Origin: Thermoproteota archaeon
GTDB lineage: Archaea > Korarchaeota > Korarchaeia > Korarchaeales > Korarchaeaceae
Reading direction: 5' to 3'
DNA length: 64,000 bases
Assembly: GCA_027491395.1 (NCBI GenBank)
Contig: JAOZFI010000041.1
Span: forward strand, 1-64,000
The notes beneath the pieces were generated by a model. That model was not told the origin of the DNA and did not search any database. It saw nothing but the letters and a program-made list of their open reading frames with translations. Numbering within the stretch: position 1 is the first letter of the stretch; every line of letters begins with the position of its first letter. A program made the position numbers and the translations under genes. Below are positions 18,637 through 27,655 of the stretch, one piece after another.

Positions 18637-19220
18637 AACCCGGTGTCACTAAGATGTGGAGATATGTCCCAGGCAGGAGAAAGCCCCACGATAGCTGGGC
18701 CTATGTACTGTATGTTGACGAGGCTAGGAGGAGGGCCCAGCTCATCGGAGATCGCTACTTCATCATAATGGAGTTCACACTCAAGCCCAATGCCCAAGTC
18801 TCCCCCATGAAGAAGGTCTACGTGGGTAAGGGACCGAGACAGGAGGTCAGCAAGTTCCTCAGGTACATGAGCTATGACGAGCTGGCCCCCTCAGGGAGGA
18901 TGCTCTTGGAGCCGGTGGTCGCGAAGATAATACAGGAAGGGGAGCAGTTCTTCGTGAATTTCTTCAACGAGAGCGTTCCCATAACTCCGAGGCTGCATCA
19001 ACTAGAGCTCCTGCCTGGGGTGGGCAAGAAGACCCTCATGAAGATACTGGAGGAGAGGAGCAGGAAGCCCTTCGTGAGCTACTCGGACGTGGCTGAAAGG
19101 ACTGGACTCAAGGACCCTGCCGACCTTCTGGCTAGGAGGGCCCTGGATGAGCTCACCGGGAATGAGAAGTACTACATACTGGTCGCTCCCAAGAGCATAC
19201 TGGAGGAGGACCTCATATAG
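18633..19220 (+). CDS. DUF655 family RNA-binding protein
   Basis: VYVGKGPR, FFNES.PITPRLHQLELLPGVGKK, PF.SY. Confidence 0.9.
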   Translation: MKPGVTKMWRYVPGRRKPHDSWAYVLYVDEARRRAQLIGDRYFIIMEFTLKPNAQVSPMKKVYVGKGPRQEVSKFLRYMSYDELAPSGRMLLEPVVAKIIQEGEQFFVNFFNESVPITPRLHQLELLPGVGKKTLMKILEERSRKPFVSYSDVAERTGLKDPADLLARRALDELTGNEKYYILVAPKSILEEDLI

Positions 19221-19227
19221 CCTATGC

Positions 19228-20004
19228 TCAAACCCTAACTAGAGTACCTGATTCCCCCTTCAATACTCTTATCAGGTCTCCCCTCTCGGAGAATCCGGCA
19301 ATTCTAACCTTCACACCCAACCTAGCGAGCTGAAATGCCGCCTCCAGCTTGCCTCTCATGGCCCCGGTCACGTCGTAAGCAGATCTTCCCAGATCTGGTA
19401 TGTTCGCCTCAGTGATCTCTGAAATGACCTCTCCATCCTCATTAAGAACTCCCGGCACATCGGCCAGGAACACGGCTTCCTCCAGACCCAGGGGGACCAG
19501 GTAGATCGGTATCTCATCCGCAGACAGCACGGAAACCCCCCTCTCATCGTCGTAGATCAGGTCCCCGTGAGTTAACGGGACCAGATTGAGATCCATCCAC
19601 GCCCTCACCGCGGAGAGATCGCAGATCGTGCCCCCACCGATCCTCCTGAATGTGGACCTGGGGTGAAAGGGGAGCACCGGGAGGCCCTCCTCCCGCATCA
19701 AACTGGCTATCCTCAGACTCAGCTCCATCACCCTTATCGAAGTTTCCGAGACGCCCAACTCTCTGCCCGGTTTGAAGCCCTCATGTAGCTTGTACATTTT
19801 GACTGGCGCGTGACCGAACGGGCCGGCCCCGTGGGCTAGAAAGAGACTCCTCTCCCGCGAAATCCTTAAGAGGTCATCCGCTACCTCTCGTACGATCCTT
19901 TCTCTTACCTCGAAAGCTCCCTCCTTCTTAGGAGTTATTAGAGAGCCTCCCAGCTTTACGTAAAGCACGCGAGGATTTTTCAGTAATAATTTATAACCCT
20001 TCAT
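19228..20004 (-). CDS. ipk: Isopentenyl phosphate kinase (amino-acid kinase fold)
   Basis: KLGGSLIT.K, HGAGPFGH, HGD, LSAD, DVTGAM.GKL. Confidence 0.88.
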   Translation of the reverse strand: MKGYKLLLKNPRVLYVKLGGSLITPKKEGAFEVRERIVREVADDLLRISRERSLFLAHGAGPFGHAPVKMYKLHEGFKPGRELGVSETSIRVMELSLRIASLMREEGLPVLPFHPRSTFRRIGGGTICDLSAVRAWMDLNLVPLTHGDLIYDDERGVSVLSADEIPIYLVPLGLEEAVFLADVPGVLNEDGEVISEITEANIPDLGRSAYDVTGAMRGKLEAAFQLARLGVKVRIAGFSERGDLIRVLKGESGTLVRV

Positions 20005-20019
20005 CGTGACTAAGGAGGG

Positions 20020-21594
20020 ATGAGTGAGGAGATCCTGATACTGAGTAAGGATGTGCTGCTGAGGGCCCTCCTTAGGTACGAGCCTGGGTTATCTCTCATA
20101 AAGGGGTCCGTGCTCGTAGTCCCAGCCGAGACACTCTCCCAGATGGAGGAAGAAGCTTCCAAGGGGGACAGGTTCAGCGTGGGTGCCCTCACCGAGATGG
20201 TCTGGCTGAGGGATTTGGAGAGGGATGGGTACGTCAAGAGAGTCGTGGTGGAGGAACACAGGGGCAGGGGGCTCGATGCTTTGGCAGAGCTGTCCGAGAA
20301 GTTGAAGGCCAAAGTGATCACCGGCGATAGGGTCGTGACCCTAGCTCTAAGGGCTAGGGGAGTGGATGCCGTGTACATAGGCCCCGAGTACGGGGAGTTC
20401 AGGCTCTACAACTTCTTCGACCAGGATACGATGAGCGTCCACTTGAAGGAGGGCGCCCCACCTATGGCCAAGAAGGGAAGGCCCGGGGAGTTCAGGCTGG
20501 TGAGACTCTCCGACAAGCCGATGGAGGAGTTCGAGGTCAGGACCATAGCCTACGAGATACTTGAGAGGGCCAAGACGGATCCGAACGCATTCATAGAGGT
20601 GAAGTACGGCGACGCCTACGTGATACAGATAGAGGACCTCAGGATACTGGTGGCCTTCCCACCCTTCTCCGACGGGATAGAGATAACTGCCGTGCGCCCC
20701 CTCGTCAAGGTCACTCTAGACGATTACAAGCTGAGCGACAAGCTGAAGAAGAGGCTCAGGGAGAGGGCAGAGGGCATAATAATAGCTGGACCCCCGGGAG
20801 CTGGGAAGACCACGTTCGCCAGCGCTTTGGCTGACTTCTACAAGGACAAGGGGAGGATAGTAAAGACCCTCGAGTCCCCGAGGGACCTCCAGGTGGGTCC
20901 TGAGGTGACCCAGTACGGGAGGCTCGCTGGCTCTTTCGAGAATACAGCCGACCTCCTCCTACTGGTCAGGCCGGATTACGTGATATTCGACGAGATGAGG
21001 AAGACCCAAGACTTCAAGATATTCGTGGACATGAGGCTCGCTGGTATAGGGATGGTGGGCGTAGTCCACTGCGGCTTCCCGATAGAGGCCATACAGAGGT
21101 TCATCGGTAGGGTTGACTTGGGCGTGCTCCCCCATGTAGTGGACACGGTGATATTCATCAAGGATGGAAGGGTGGAGAAGGTCTATAGCCTGAAGATAAC
21201 GGTGAAGATGCCAGCTGGAATGAAAGATGTCACTCTGGCTAGGCCAGTCGTGCTGGTGAAGGACTTCGAGACCGACACGGTGGAGTACGAGATCTACACC
21301 TTCGGCGATGAGGTAGTGGTAATGCCCATAAGGGGCAAGGGCAAGGCGCCCGAGGGACTGGAAGCCCCCATAAGGTACAGGCTGAGGAAGAGGAAGCACA
21401 CCATAATCTTGGATCTCGGGCCGGAGATGGCTGAAACGGAGGTGACGATCTACTCGGGGGAGAGGGAGATCGCCACATTAACCACGGACTCCAAGGGGAA
21501 GATCACCTTGGCGAGGAGCAGCCCCGTCGGAAGGAGGATACTGGAGGCCGCCAAATCGGACACTCTGAGGGTGGTGCCCAGAGAGGAGGGCTGA
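20020..21594 (+). CDS. PIN-domain plus VirB11-like ATPase (PINA family)
   Basis: TMSVHLKEG, EITAVRP, Walker A GPPGAGKTT, ESPRDLQ, RPDY..FDEMR, DMRLAGIGMVGVVH. Confidence 0.92.
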   Translation: MSEEILILSKDVLLRALLRYEPGLSLIKGSVLVVPAETLSQMEEEASKGDRFSVGALTEMVWLRDLERDGYVKRVVVEEHRGRGLDALAELSEKLKAKVITGDRVVTLALRARGVDAVYIGPEYGEFRLYNFFDQDTMSVHLKEGAPPMAKKGRPGEFRLVRLSDKPMEEFEVRTIAYEILERAKTDPNAFIEVKYGDAYVIQIEDLRILVAFPPFSDGIEITAVRPLVKVTLDDYKLSDKLKKRLRERAEGIIIAGPPGAGKTTFASALADFYKDKGRIVKTLESPRDLQVGPEVTQYGRLAGSFENTADLLLLVRPDYVIFDEMRKTQDFKIFVDMRLAGIGMVGVVHCGFPIEAIQRFIGRVDLGVLPHVVDTVIFIKDGRVEKVYSLKITVKMPAGMKDVTLARPVVLVKDFETDTVEYEIYTFGDEVVVMPIRGKGKAPEGLEAPIRYRLRKRKHTIILDLGPEMAETEVTIYSGEREIATLTTDSKGKITLARSSPVGRRILEAAKSDTLRVVPREEG

Positions 21595-21599
21595 TCAGC

Positions 21600-22139
21600 C
21601 TAGCCCTTTTCGATCTCCCTCACCCTCTTCTCCATGTCGATCTCTAGGAGGAACTCCAGCACAGAGGGGGGCACGAGCTCCTTCCAATAGGGATCCCCTT
21701 TCAGCATGAACTCCCTTATCTTAGTTGCAGCGTACAGATCCCTCTTGAGGAAGGGAATGTTCTCCACCTCGAGACCGACCCTCTTGAGATCTCTTATCGT
21801 CTCGGGATCGTTGGAGAAGGCTATGTCCACCCTAGGCACCCTGTCTAGAACTAGGAGCCCCCAGTCCTCCTCTGGTGACTCCGTATCAGGCAAGGATGAC
21901 AGCATTATATCCGCTAGGGGGAAGCCCTCCCTCCTGAGAGCTCTCACCAGCATCTCCATCCTCTCATCCACCGATAGCGGATTTCTCGGAACGCAGCAGA
22001 ACTGGGAGCTGCCTATAGCTATCACCAGCTCGTCGGCCTTAGAAAGGGCGTACCTGAACACGTGTAGATGTCCATAGTGGAGCGGTTGAAACCTGCCCAC
22101 GACGAGAGCCCTCCTCCGCTTCCGCATCATTGAGAACAC
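21600..22139 (-). CDS. nadM: Nicotinamide-nucleotide adenylyltransferase
   Basis: GRFQPLHYGH, IGSSQ, NP, ATKIR, W.ELVP. Confidence 0.92.
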   Translation of the reverse strand: MFSMMRKRRRALVVGRFQPLHYGHLHVFRYALSKADELVIAIGSSQFCCVPRNPLSVDERMEMLVRALRREGFPLADIMLSSLPDTESPEEDWGLLVLDRVPRVDIAFSNDPETIRDLKRVGLEVENIPFLKRDLYAATKIREFMLKGDPYWKELVPPSVLEFLLEIDMEKRVREIEKG

Positions 22140-22147
22140 CTTCCTGA

Positions 22148-22203
22148 GGGTCAGAGAGGTGCCTTTCGGTCACTTCTCCCCGGAGTAACTCCTCCTCATC
22201 CCC
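22148..22203 (-). ncRNA. Candidate box C/D sRNA
   Basis: Minus strand GGGG-AUGAGGA-12 nt-GGGA..GUGAC..-11 nt-CUGA-CCC, about 56 nt with terminal GGG/CCC; AT-rich patch about 25 nt upstream. Confidence 0.4.
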
Positions 22204-22230
22204 GGGTGGTCAACCCTCTAGTGAAAAATT

Positions 22231-22983
22231 TTAGGATTCCCGTTCGGAATTCATGCTTAGGAGCCTAGTCACTTCCTCCTCTATCTCCTCCTCAGGCACT
22301 TCCTCCTCCAGCAGCTGATATCTGTCGTATTCCTCCTTCCTACTCGCGAGCTCCCTTCCCTTGAGGAGAATAGCCCTTCTCTGAGGGTGCATCTCCACCT
22401 CGACCATCGCCCTAGCGATGTTCTCCATAGTGGCCTCCTGGAACACCATGAGTGAGCCATCAGACAGCTCGAATATCACTCTCATGTGCTTGTGACCCCT
22501 GGGAACCGCCATGAGGACCCTTGCCACATCCCTGTTCCTGATCACCATGAAGAAGCCGCGGGTCAGTTCTTCGATCAGCTTCCTAGTTGAAGATGTGAGG
22601 GGCAGATCCTTGGCCCTCTCCAGGGGAATCCACCTCACCTCCTTCGCGTCGTCTCCAGGCCTCAGAACACCACCCGTCACCCTGCAGAGGTAGTCCACCA
22701 AGACGTAATGGTACTTGATTCGTCCCTCCTCGTCCCTCTCCACCACTTCGGCTACGTGGATGGGGCGTGTCGCCTCCACCTCTAGACCGGTCTCCTCCCG
22801 GATCTCCCTCCTCACCGTCTCCTCCAACGTCTCGCCCGGCTCCACCAACCCGCCCGGCACGGACCACAGACCCTTTCCTGGCTCGTTCTTCCTCTTGGCC
22901 AGGAGTATCCTGCCGTTTCTCAGCAGGACCCCTCCAACCCCGACTAAAGGGACCTCAGGATACTCACGCCTCGTATCTCTCAC
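22231..22983 (-). CDS. NUDIX hydrolase fused to a C-terminal domain of unknown function
   Basis: Nudix box GGLVEPGETLEETVRREIREETGL; extra ~105-aa domain (PRGHKH.R, QEAT..NIARA, HP). Confidence 0.88.
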   Translation of the reverse strand: MRDTRREYPEVPLVGVGGVLLRNGRILLAKRKNEPGKGLWSVPGGLVEPGETLEETVRREIREETGLEVEATRPIHVAEVVERDEEGRIKYHYVLVDYLCRVTGGVLRPGDDAKEVRWIPLERAKDLPLTSSTRKLIEELTRGFFMVIRNRDVARVLMAVPRGHKHMRVIFELSDGSLMVFQEATMENIARAMVEVEMHPQRRAILLKGRELASRKEEYDRYQLLEEEVPEEEIEEEVTRLLSMNSERES

Positions 22984-23830
22984 CTACCGGGGATGTATAC
23001 ATGGCCAAGACTTTGAGGGAAGCTCCTATCGCGGTGGCGAACTGCGGATCCCTAGGCACGATAGCGCTCCCGCCGAAGAGGTTAAAAGGCTTCATAGCCG
23101 CGTTCACCAGCAGCTCGTGGGTCATCAATCCGCCCACTAGGACAACGCTCTCCTCTAGGCCCACGGATTTGGCGGCGAAGAGCCCCACGGTACCTATCAC
23201 TTGACCTACCATGTTAACTAGGCCGGCAGCTATGTCCTCAGGTCTCACATCGTCGCCAACCTTACCGAAGTTGGATGCGGTCACATCTGGATCCAGCCTA
23301 CCGACCGGTCCCCCAACTATATCGCCGACGGTCAGATCCACGTTCTTGGGATTACCCTTGCGAGCCATCTCCATGAGCGAGGTTATGGAGGTCCGCCTGA
23401 GGAGGAGCCTTCCGAGGCCCAGCAGGGTTCCGGCGCCTACAGCTGTCCCTCCGAGGTGCCTCACCTCGCACCTGCCACCGTCTATCCTAACCTCCACCAC
23501 CGCGGTCCCGGTACCGGCGCTCACGACGACGCACTCCTTCATGCCCGCCAGGTAGGCGCCTCCCCTGCCGACCGCCTCTATCTCGTCCACCTCCCTCACC
23601 GGTAGCCCCAATATCTTATCGGGCAGGGGCTTGGTCCTCCCCCCGCTCAAGGCCACGGCCTCTACTTCGTCAAGCTGTATCCCTTTATCCGCTAGGAGCT
23701 TCCCTATGGCGCCTGCTGCAGCCGCGAGGGGATCGGACGCGACCACGACGGTTTTCGCCAGTATGCCGGACTCTGAGGCGAGCACGCCCTTAGTGGTCGT
23801 ACCTCCCATGTCGAGCCCTATTATGAGCAA
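22964..23830 (-). CDS. coaW: Type II (Fumble/CoaW-like) pantothenate kinase
   Basis: DMGGTTTK, DEIEAVGRG, SAGTGT, GGTAVGAGTLLGL, VDLTVGDI, TASNFGK. Confidence 0.85.
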   Translation of the reverse strand: MLIIGLDMGGTTTKGVLASESGILAKTVVVASDPLAAAAGAIGKLLADKGIQLDEVEAVALSGGRTKPLPDKILGLPVREVDEIEAVGRGGAYLAGMKECVVVSAGTGTAVVEVRIDGGRCEVRHLGGTAVGAGTLLGLGRLLLRRTSITSLMEMARKGNPKNVDLTVGDIVGGPVGRLDPDVTASNFGKVGDDVRPEDIAAGLVNMVGQVIGTVGLFAAKSVGLEESVVLVGGLMTHELLVNAAMKPFNLFGGSAIVPRDPQFATAIGASLKVLAMYTSPVGERYEA

Positions 23831-23834
23831 GGGA

Positions 23835-24371
23835 TCACCCCGTGGTCGACTTCTTCGCGGCTGAAACCACGGGGGGCACCACCAATATGGCGAAGGGTAG
23901 CTCCCAAGCGAAGGTCACGAAAGCTATGGATAGGGCCGCGGTGAGCGATAGAGGAGTCACCTCCTCGCTAAAGGGCAGGGGAAAAGCTTGGCTCCAGGCT
24001 AGAAGCCCGAACCCTATTATCAGGTGACCCACTATCAGGCCGAGGATCGAGGCAGGCACGTACCTCTTCACCGAGTACTTATCACGACCAGCCAGCTCCC
24101 CGATTATGTAGAAGCCTAGGAAGTTGGAGGGAACCCCCACGGTGAGGCTCAGTAAGGCATTTCCGTGGGTCACCATATCAGAGACGAATATGCCTATCGC
24201 AGCTGACAGGCCGCCCACAAGGCCCCCGTACAGGCACGCGAATGTGGCCGGGACCACAACAGCTGGCCAGAACCTGACGCCGTAGAAGTTGACCCCCAAC
24301 CAACTCAAGTACCCGACGATTGCATAGAGGGCCCCTCCCATGGCAGATAGAGTGAGATCCCTCACCCCCAT
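23835..24371 (-). CDS. ECF transporter S component
   Basis: About 6 TM; VRFWPAVVVP..YG..VGG..AIG.FVSD. Confidence 0.85.
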   Translation of the reverse strand: MGVRDLTLSAMGGALYAIVGYLSWLGVNFYGVRFWPAVVVPATFACLYGGLVGGLSAAIGIFVSDMVTHGNALLSLTVGVPSNFLGFYIIGELAGRDKYSVKRYVPASILGLIVGHLIIGFGLLAWSQAFPLPFSEEVTPLSLTAALSIAFVTFAWELPFAILVVPPVVSAAKKSTTG

Positions 24372-24408
24372 TTCCGATCGCGGTATTACACTATCGTAAA
24401 ATAAAAAC

Positions 24409-25041
24409 TCAGTCGAGGATCTTGAGCGATGGAATCACCTCGTCGCCCCTCACCTCAATAACCGCATACCTACCACGCATCATCGGTCCAGCATTGACGA
24501 GAACTGTTCTACCTATCCTATCCACGCCAGGAGACTCGTGTATGTGACCACAAACGCAGAGGAGGGGTTGCTCCCTCTCTACGTACTCCCTCAGCGCCTT
24601 GGATCCGACGTGGGCCCCCGACCTTATCACATCCAGCTTGGTGTCGTGGGGTGGCGCGTGGGATACGAGCACATCTAACCCGCCCAGCTTGGAGAGGACC
24701 TCGCGCATCTCGTCCTCGTCCAGCTCTATCGGAGTGCTAAATGGAGATATGTTGCCCCCACCCAGACCTCCGAACCTCATCTCTATGGTCCTCACCCTGC
24801 CGTGAAGGTTGGGGCATCCCTCCACCTCCTCCACCTCAAGCAGGGGAGGCGGATCCATGTTGCCGGGGACGAATACTACGGAGCCGAACTCCTTGGCTCT
24901 CCTCAATATCCTCCTGACGTCCTTGAGGGAGCCGTTGGACAAGTCCCCAGCGAGCACTATGAGGTCGTAGGATTCCCTACCCAGCGCGGACTTTAACTTC
25001 CCCGCGGAGCCGTGTATGTCCGAAGCGAGGAACAACCTCAT
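24409..25041 (-). CDS. Calcineurin-like metallophosphoesterase
   Basis: SDIHG, AGDL, PGNMD, SHAPP, HVGS, GHIHE; true start MRLFLASD at 25041. Confidence 0.92.
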   Translation of the reverse strand: MRLFLASDIHGSAGKLKSALGRESYDLIVLAGDLSNGSLKDVRRILRRAKEFGSVVFVPGNMDPPPLLEVEEVEGCPNLHGRVRTIEMRFGGLGGGNISPFSTPIELDEDEMREVLSKLGGLDVLVSHAPPHDTKLDVIRSGAHVGSKALREYVEREQPLLCVCGHIHESPGVDRIGRTVLVNAGPMMRGRYAVIEVRGDEVIPSLKILD

Positions 25042-25084
25042 GCGGATTAGGCCCGAAGTGAGGATATAAGGCTGAGGGGATGCC

Positions 25085-26095
25085 ATGCGCACCGTGCTTA
25101 GGATCACCAGGGAGACGGGGATACCCCTGATGGGCTCCGTCGCTTTCGGCCTCATAGACAGGGGCACCAACCTGATACAGGTGAGGCCCATCTCCACCTG
25201 CGCCTTCTCTTGCATCTTCTGCTCCACTGATGCTGGACCTAAATCGAGGACAAGACAGGCGGAGTATGTGGTGGAGCTGGATTACCTCATGGAGTGGTTC
25301 GTGGCAGTGGTTGAGGAGAAGGGAGTGGATGACATCGAGGCTCACATAGACACGGTGGGCGACCCCTTCACCTACCCCCAGATAGTGGAGCTGGTGGAGA
25401 GGTTGAGGGAGGTACCAGAGGTAAGGGTGATATCGTCGCAGACCCATGGACCCCTCTTAACGGATGACCTGATCTCAAGGCTGGATAGGGCTGGAATGGA
25501 CAGGATAAACCTTAGCATAGATTCGCTAAATGAGGAGAAGGCCCGTTATCTATCAGGATCTCCTTGGCTGAGGCTGGAGAGAATCTTGAGGGCGGCTGAG
25601 TTGATAGCCGAGAGCTCCATAGATCTGCTGATAGCCCCGGTCTGGGTGCCCGGGATAAATGATGAGGACATGCCCCAGCTCATAGAGTTCGCCCTCAAAA
25701 TAGGGGCCGGAAAGAGATGGCCCCCCCTCGGTATACAGAAGTACGAGGCCTACAGGGGTGGGAGGAGACCTAGGGGTGTGAGGCCCATGAGCTGGTCGAG
25801 GTTCTACTCTCAATTGAGGGAGTGGGAAGAAGAGTATGGAGTCAAGCTCGTGCTTAGACCTGAGGACTTCGGGATAAGGAAGGTGAGGCCTATCAGGAGG
25901 CCCATGAGGAAGGGGGAGGTGGTCACGGTTAAGTTAGTGGGTCTTGGCTGGAGGAGGGGTGAAATCTTAGGCTCAGCTAGAGGTAGGGCAGTGACGGTAC
26001 TGGATGCTCCCTTACTTCCTGAGAGATCCGAGCTGAGGGTAAGGGTGATAAGGGACAGGGACAACATATACTACGCTAGGTTCATGGCCTCCTGA
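25085..26095 (+). CDS. Radical SAM protein with C-terminal TRAM-like domain (COG2100-like)
   Basis: FGLIDRGTN..QVRP, CAFSCIFC, IEAHID, C-terminal beta-barrel. Confidence 0.88.
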   Translation: MRTVLRITRETGIPLMGSVAFGLIDRGTNLIQVRPISTCAFSCIFCSTDAGPKSRTRQAEYVVELDYLMEWFVAVVEEKGVDDIEAHIDTVGDPFTYPQIVELVERLREVPEVRVISSQTHGPLLTDDLISRLDRAGMDRINLSIDSLNEEKARYLSGSPWLRLERILRAAELIAESSIDLLIAPVWVPGINDEDMPQLIEFALKIGAGKRWPPLGIQKYEAYRGGRRPRGVRPMSWSRFYSQLREWEEEYGVKLVLRPEDFGIRKVRPIRRPMRKGEVVTVKLVGLGWRRGEILGSARGRAVTVLDAPLLPERSELRVRVIRDRDNIYYARFMAS

Positions 26096-26157
26096 CATGT
26101 GGGCTGCGCTGATCAGTCATGCTTATGATAGTGGCCAGTGGTCCAGCTGGGGATTAG

Positions 26158-27651
26158 ATGGAAATTTCCCTCTCTCGGGGAGAGATAAAGCTGCTTGAGG
26201 AACTCTACTCTAGGAGTGGTAAGGCAAGGCTGGACGATCTCAAACTGGACAAGAGCAAGGCCGCAGCTTGGGCTAACCTGCTGAAGGACAAGGGTCTGCT
26301 CACCATAAGGGAGAAGAGGAAGAGGTACTTTACACTATCAGATAGGGGGAAGAAGCATCTAGAGGAAGGATTGCCTGAAGAGAAGTTAATCAGGCTTCTG
26401 AGGGAGAGGGGTGGAAGTGCTAGCTTGGAGGAACTTCGCTCCAGCCTCACTGGCGAGGAGTTCAACGTGGCTTTGGGCGAGGGACAGAAGAAGGGCCTGA
26501 TCAGGCTGGAGAAGTCTGAAAAGGGAACCTTCGCTCTGCTAGCGGAAAAGGAAGTTCCAGAGAGATTCATCTTGGAGAGGCTCTCATCCGCACCCTTGGA
26601 GGAGTCGGAGGTGGACCACAACGTACTGGAGAGCCTCAGGAGGAGGGGCTTAGTTGAGGTGGTGGAGAAGACCGAGGTGGAAATTGAGCTCACCGACTTG
26701 GGCAGGCAGGCTGCGGAGGGTAAGATAAAGGTGGTGGAGGAGGTCGGAAAGCTAACTAGGGACCTCATACTCACCGGAGAATGGAGAAAGAAGAAGCTGA
26801 AGGCCTACGACGTGAGAGCATCCCCTCCCGTAACCTATCCGGGCAAGCCCCATCCCTACATTCACTTCCTCGAGGAGGTCAGGGAGATCCTCATAGGGAT
26901 GGGATTCGTCGAGGTCAAGAGCCCCATAGTTGAGGCCGAGTTCTGGAACTTCGACGTACTCTTCCAGGCCCAGGACCACCCGGCCAGGGAGGTCCACGAC
27001 TCCTACCAAGTGGCCTTTCCCTCTGAAGGCGCTGATCTCTCTCAATACTCCTCCCTAGTGGAGAGGGTCGGGATGACCCATGAGCACGGATGGGAGACGG
27101 GATCCAAGGGGTGGGGTTACAAGTGGAGCTTCGACATAGCGAGAAGGCTCATCCTGAGGTCCCAGACCACTGCAGCCTCGGCCCGCACCCTAGCATCGAG
27201 ATTAGAGGTGCCCAGCAAGATATTCGCCATAGATAAGGTGTTCAGACCGGAAACTCCTGACAGAACCCACGCGATAGAGTTCCACCAGTGCGAGGGCGTG
27301 GTCTTGGCTGAAGACATAAATGTGAGGCACCTCATGGGCTTCCTGGCCGAGTTTGCCAAGCAGCTAGGGTTCAGTGAGGTCAAGTTCAAGCCCGCCTACT
27401 TCCCCTTCACCGAGCCGAGCGTCGAAGCGTACGTCAGGCATGAAACACTGGGGTGGATAGAGATAGCTGGCTCGGGCCTGTTTAGGCCGGAGATGCTCAT
27501 ACCGATGGGATACGACTACCCCAAGGTACAGGCCCTGGCATGGGGAATCGGGATAGGTAGACTGGCCATGATAAGGCTGGGCTTGGACGACATCAGGGAG
27601 CTGCACTCCCAGAACTTGGATTACCTGAGGAGGGCCAAGCTGGTGTGGTGA
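26158..27651 (+). CDS. pheS: Phenylalanine-tRNA ligase alpha subunit
   Basis: FWNFDVLFQAQDHPARE, FRPE..D.TH..EFHQ, YFPFTEPS, AWGIG. Confidence 0.97.
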   Translation: MEISLSRGEIKLLEELYSRSGKARLDDLKLDKSKAAAWANLLKDKGLLTIREKRKRYFTLSDRGKKHLEEGLPEEKLIRLLRERGGSASLEELRSSLTGEEFNVALGEGQKKGLIRLEKSEKGTFALLAEKEVPERFILERLSSAPLEESEVDHNVLESLRRRGLVEVVEKTEVEIELTDLGRQAAEGKIKVVEEVGKLTRDLILTGEWRKKKLKAYDVRASPPVTYPGKPHPYIHFLEEVREILIGMGFVEVKSPIVEAEFWNFDVLFQAQDHPAREVHDSYQVAFPSEGADLSQYSSLVERVGMTHEHGWETGSKGWGYKWSFDIARRLILRSQTTAASARTLASRLEVPSKIFAIDKVFRPETPDRTHAIEFHQCEGVVLAEDINVRHLMGFLAEFAKQLGFSEVKFKPAYFPFTEPSVEAYVRHETLGWIEIAGSGLFRPEMLIPMGYDYPKVQALAWGIGIGRLAMIRLGLDDIRELHSQNLDYLRRAKLVW

Positions 27652-27655
27652 TAAT

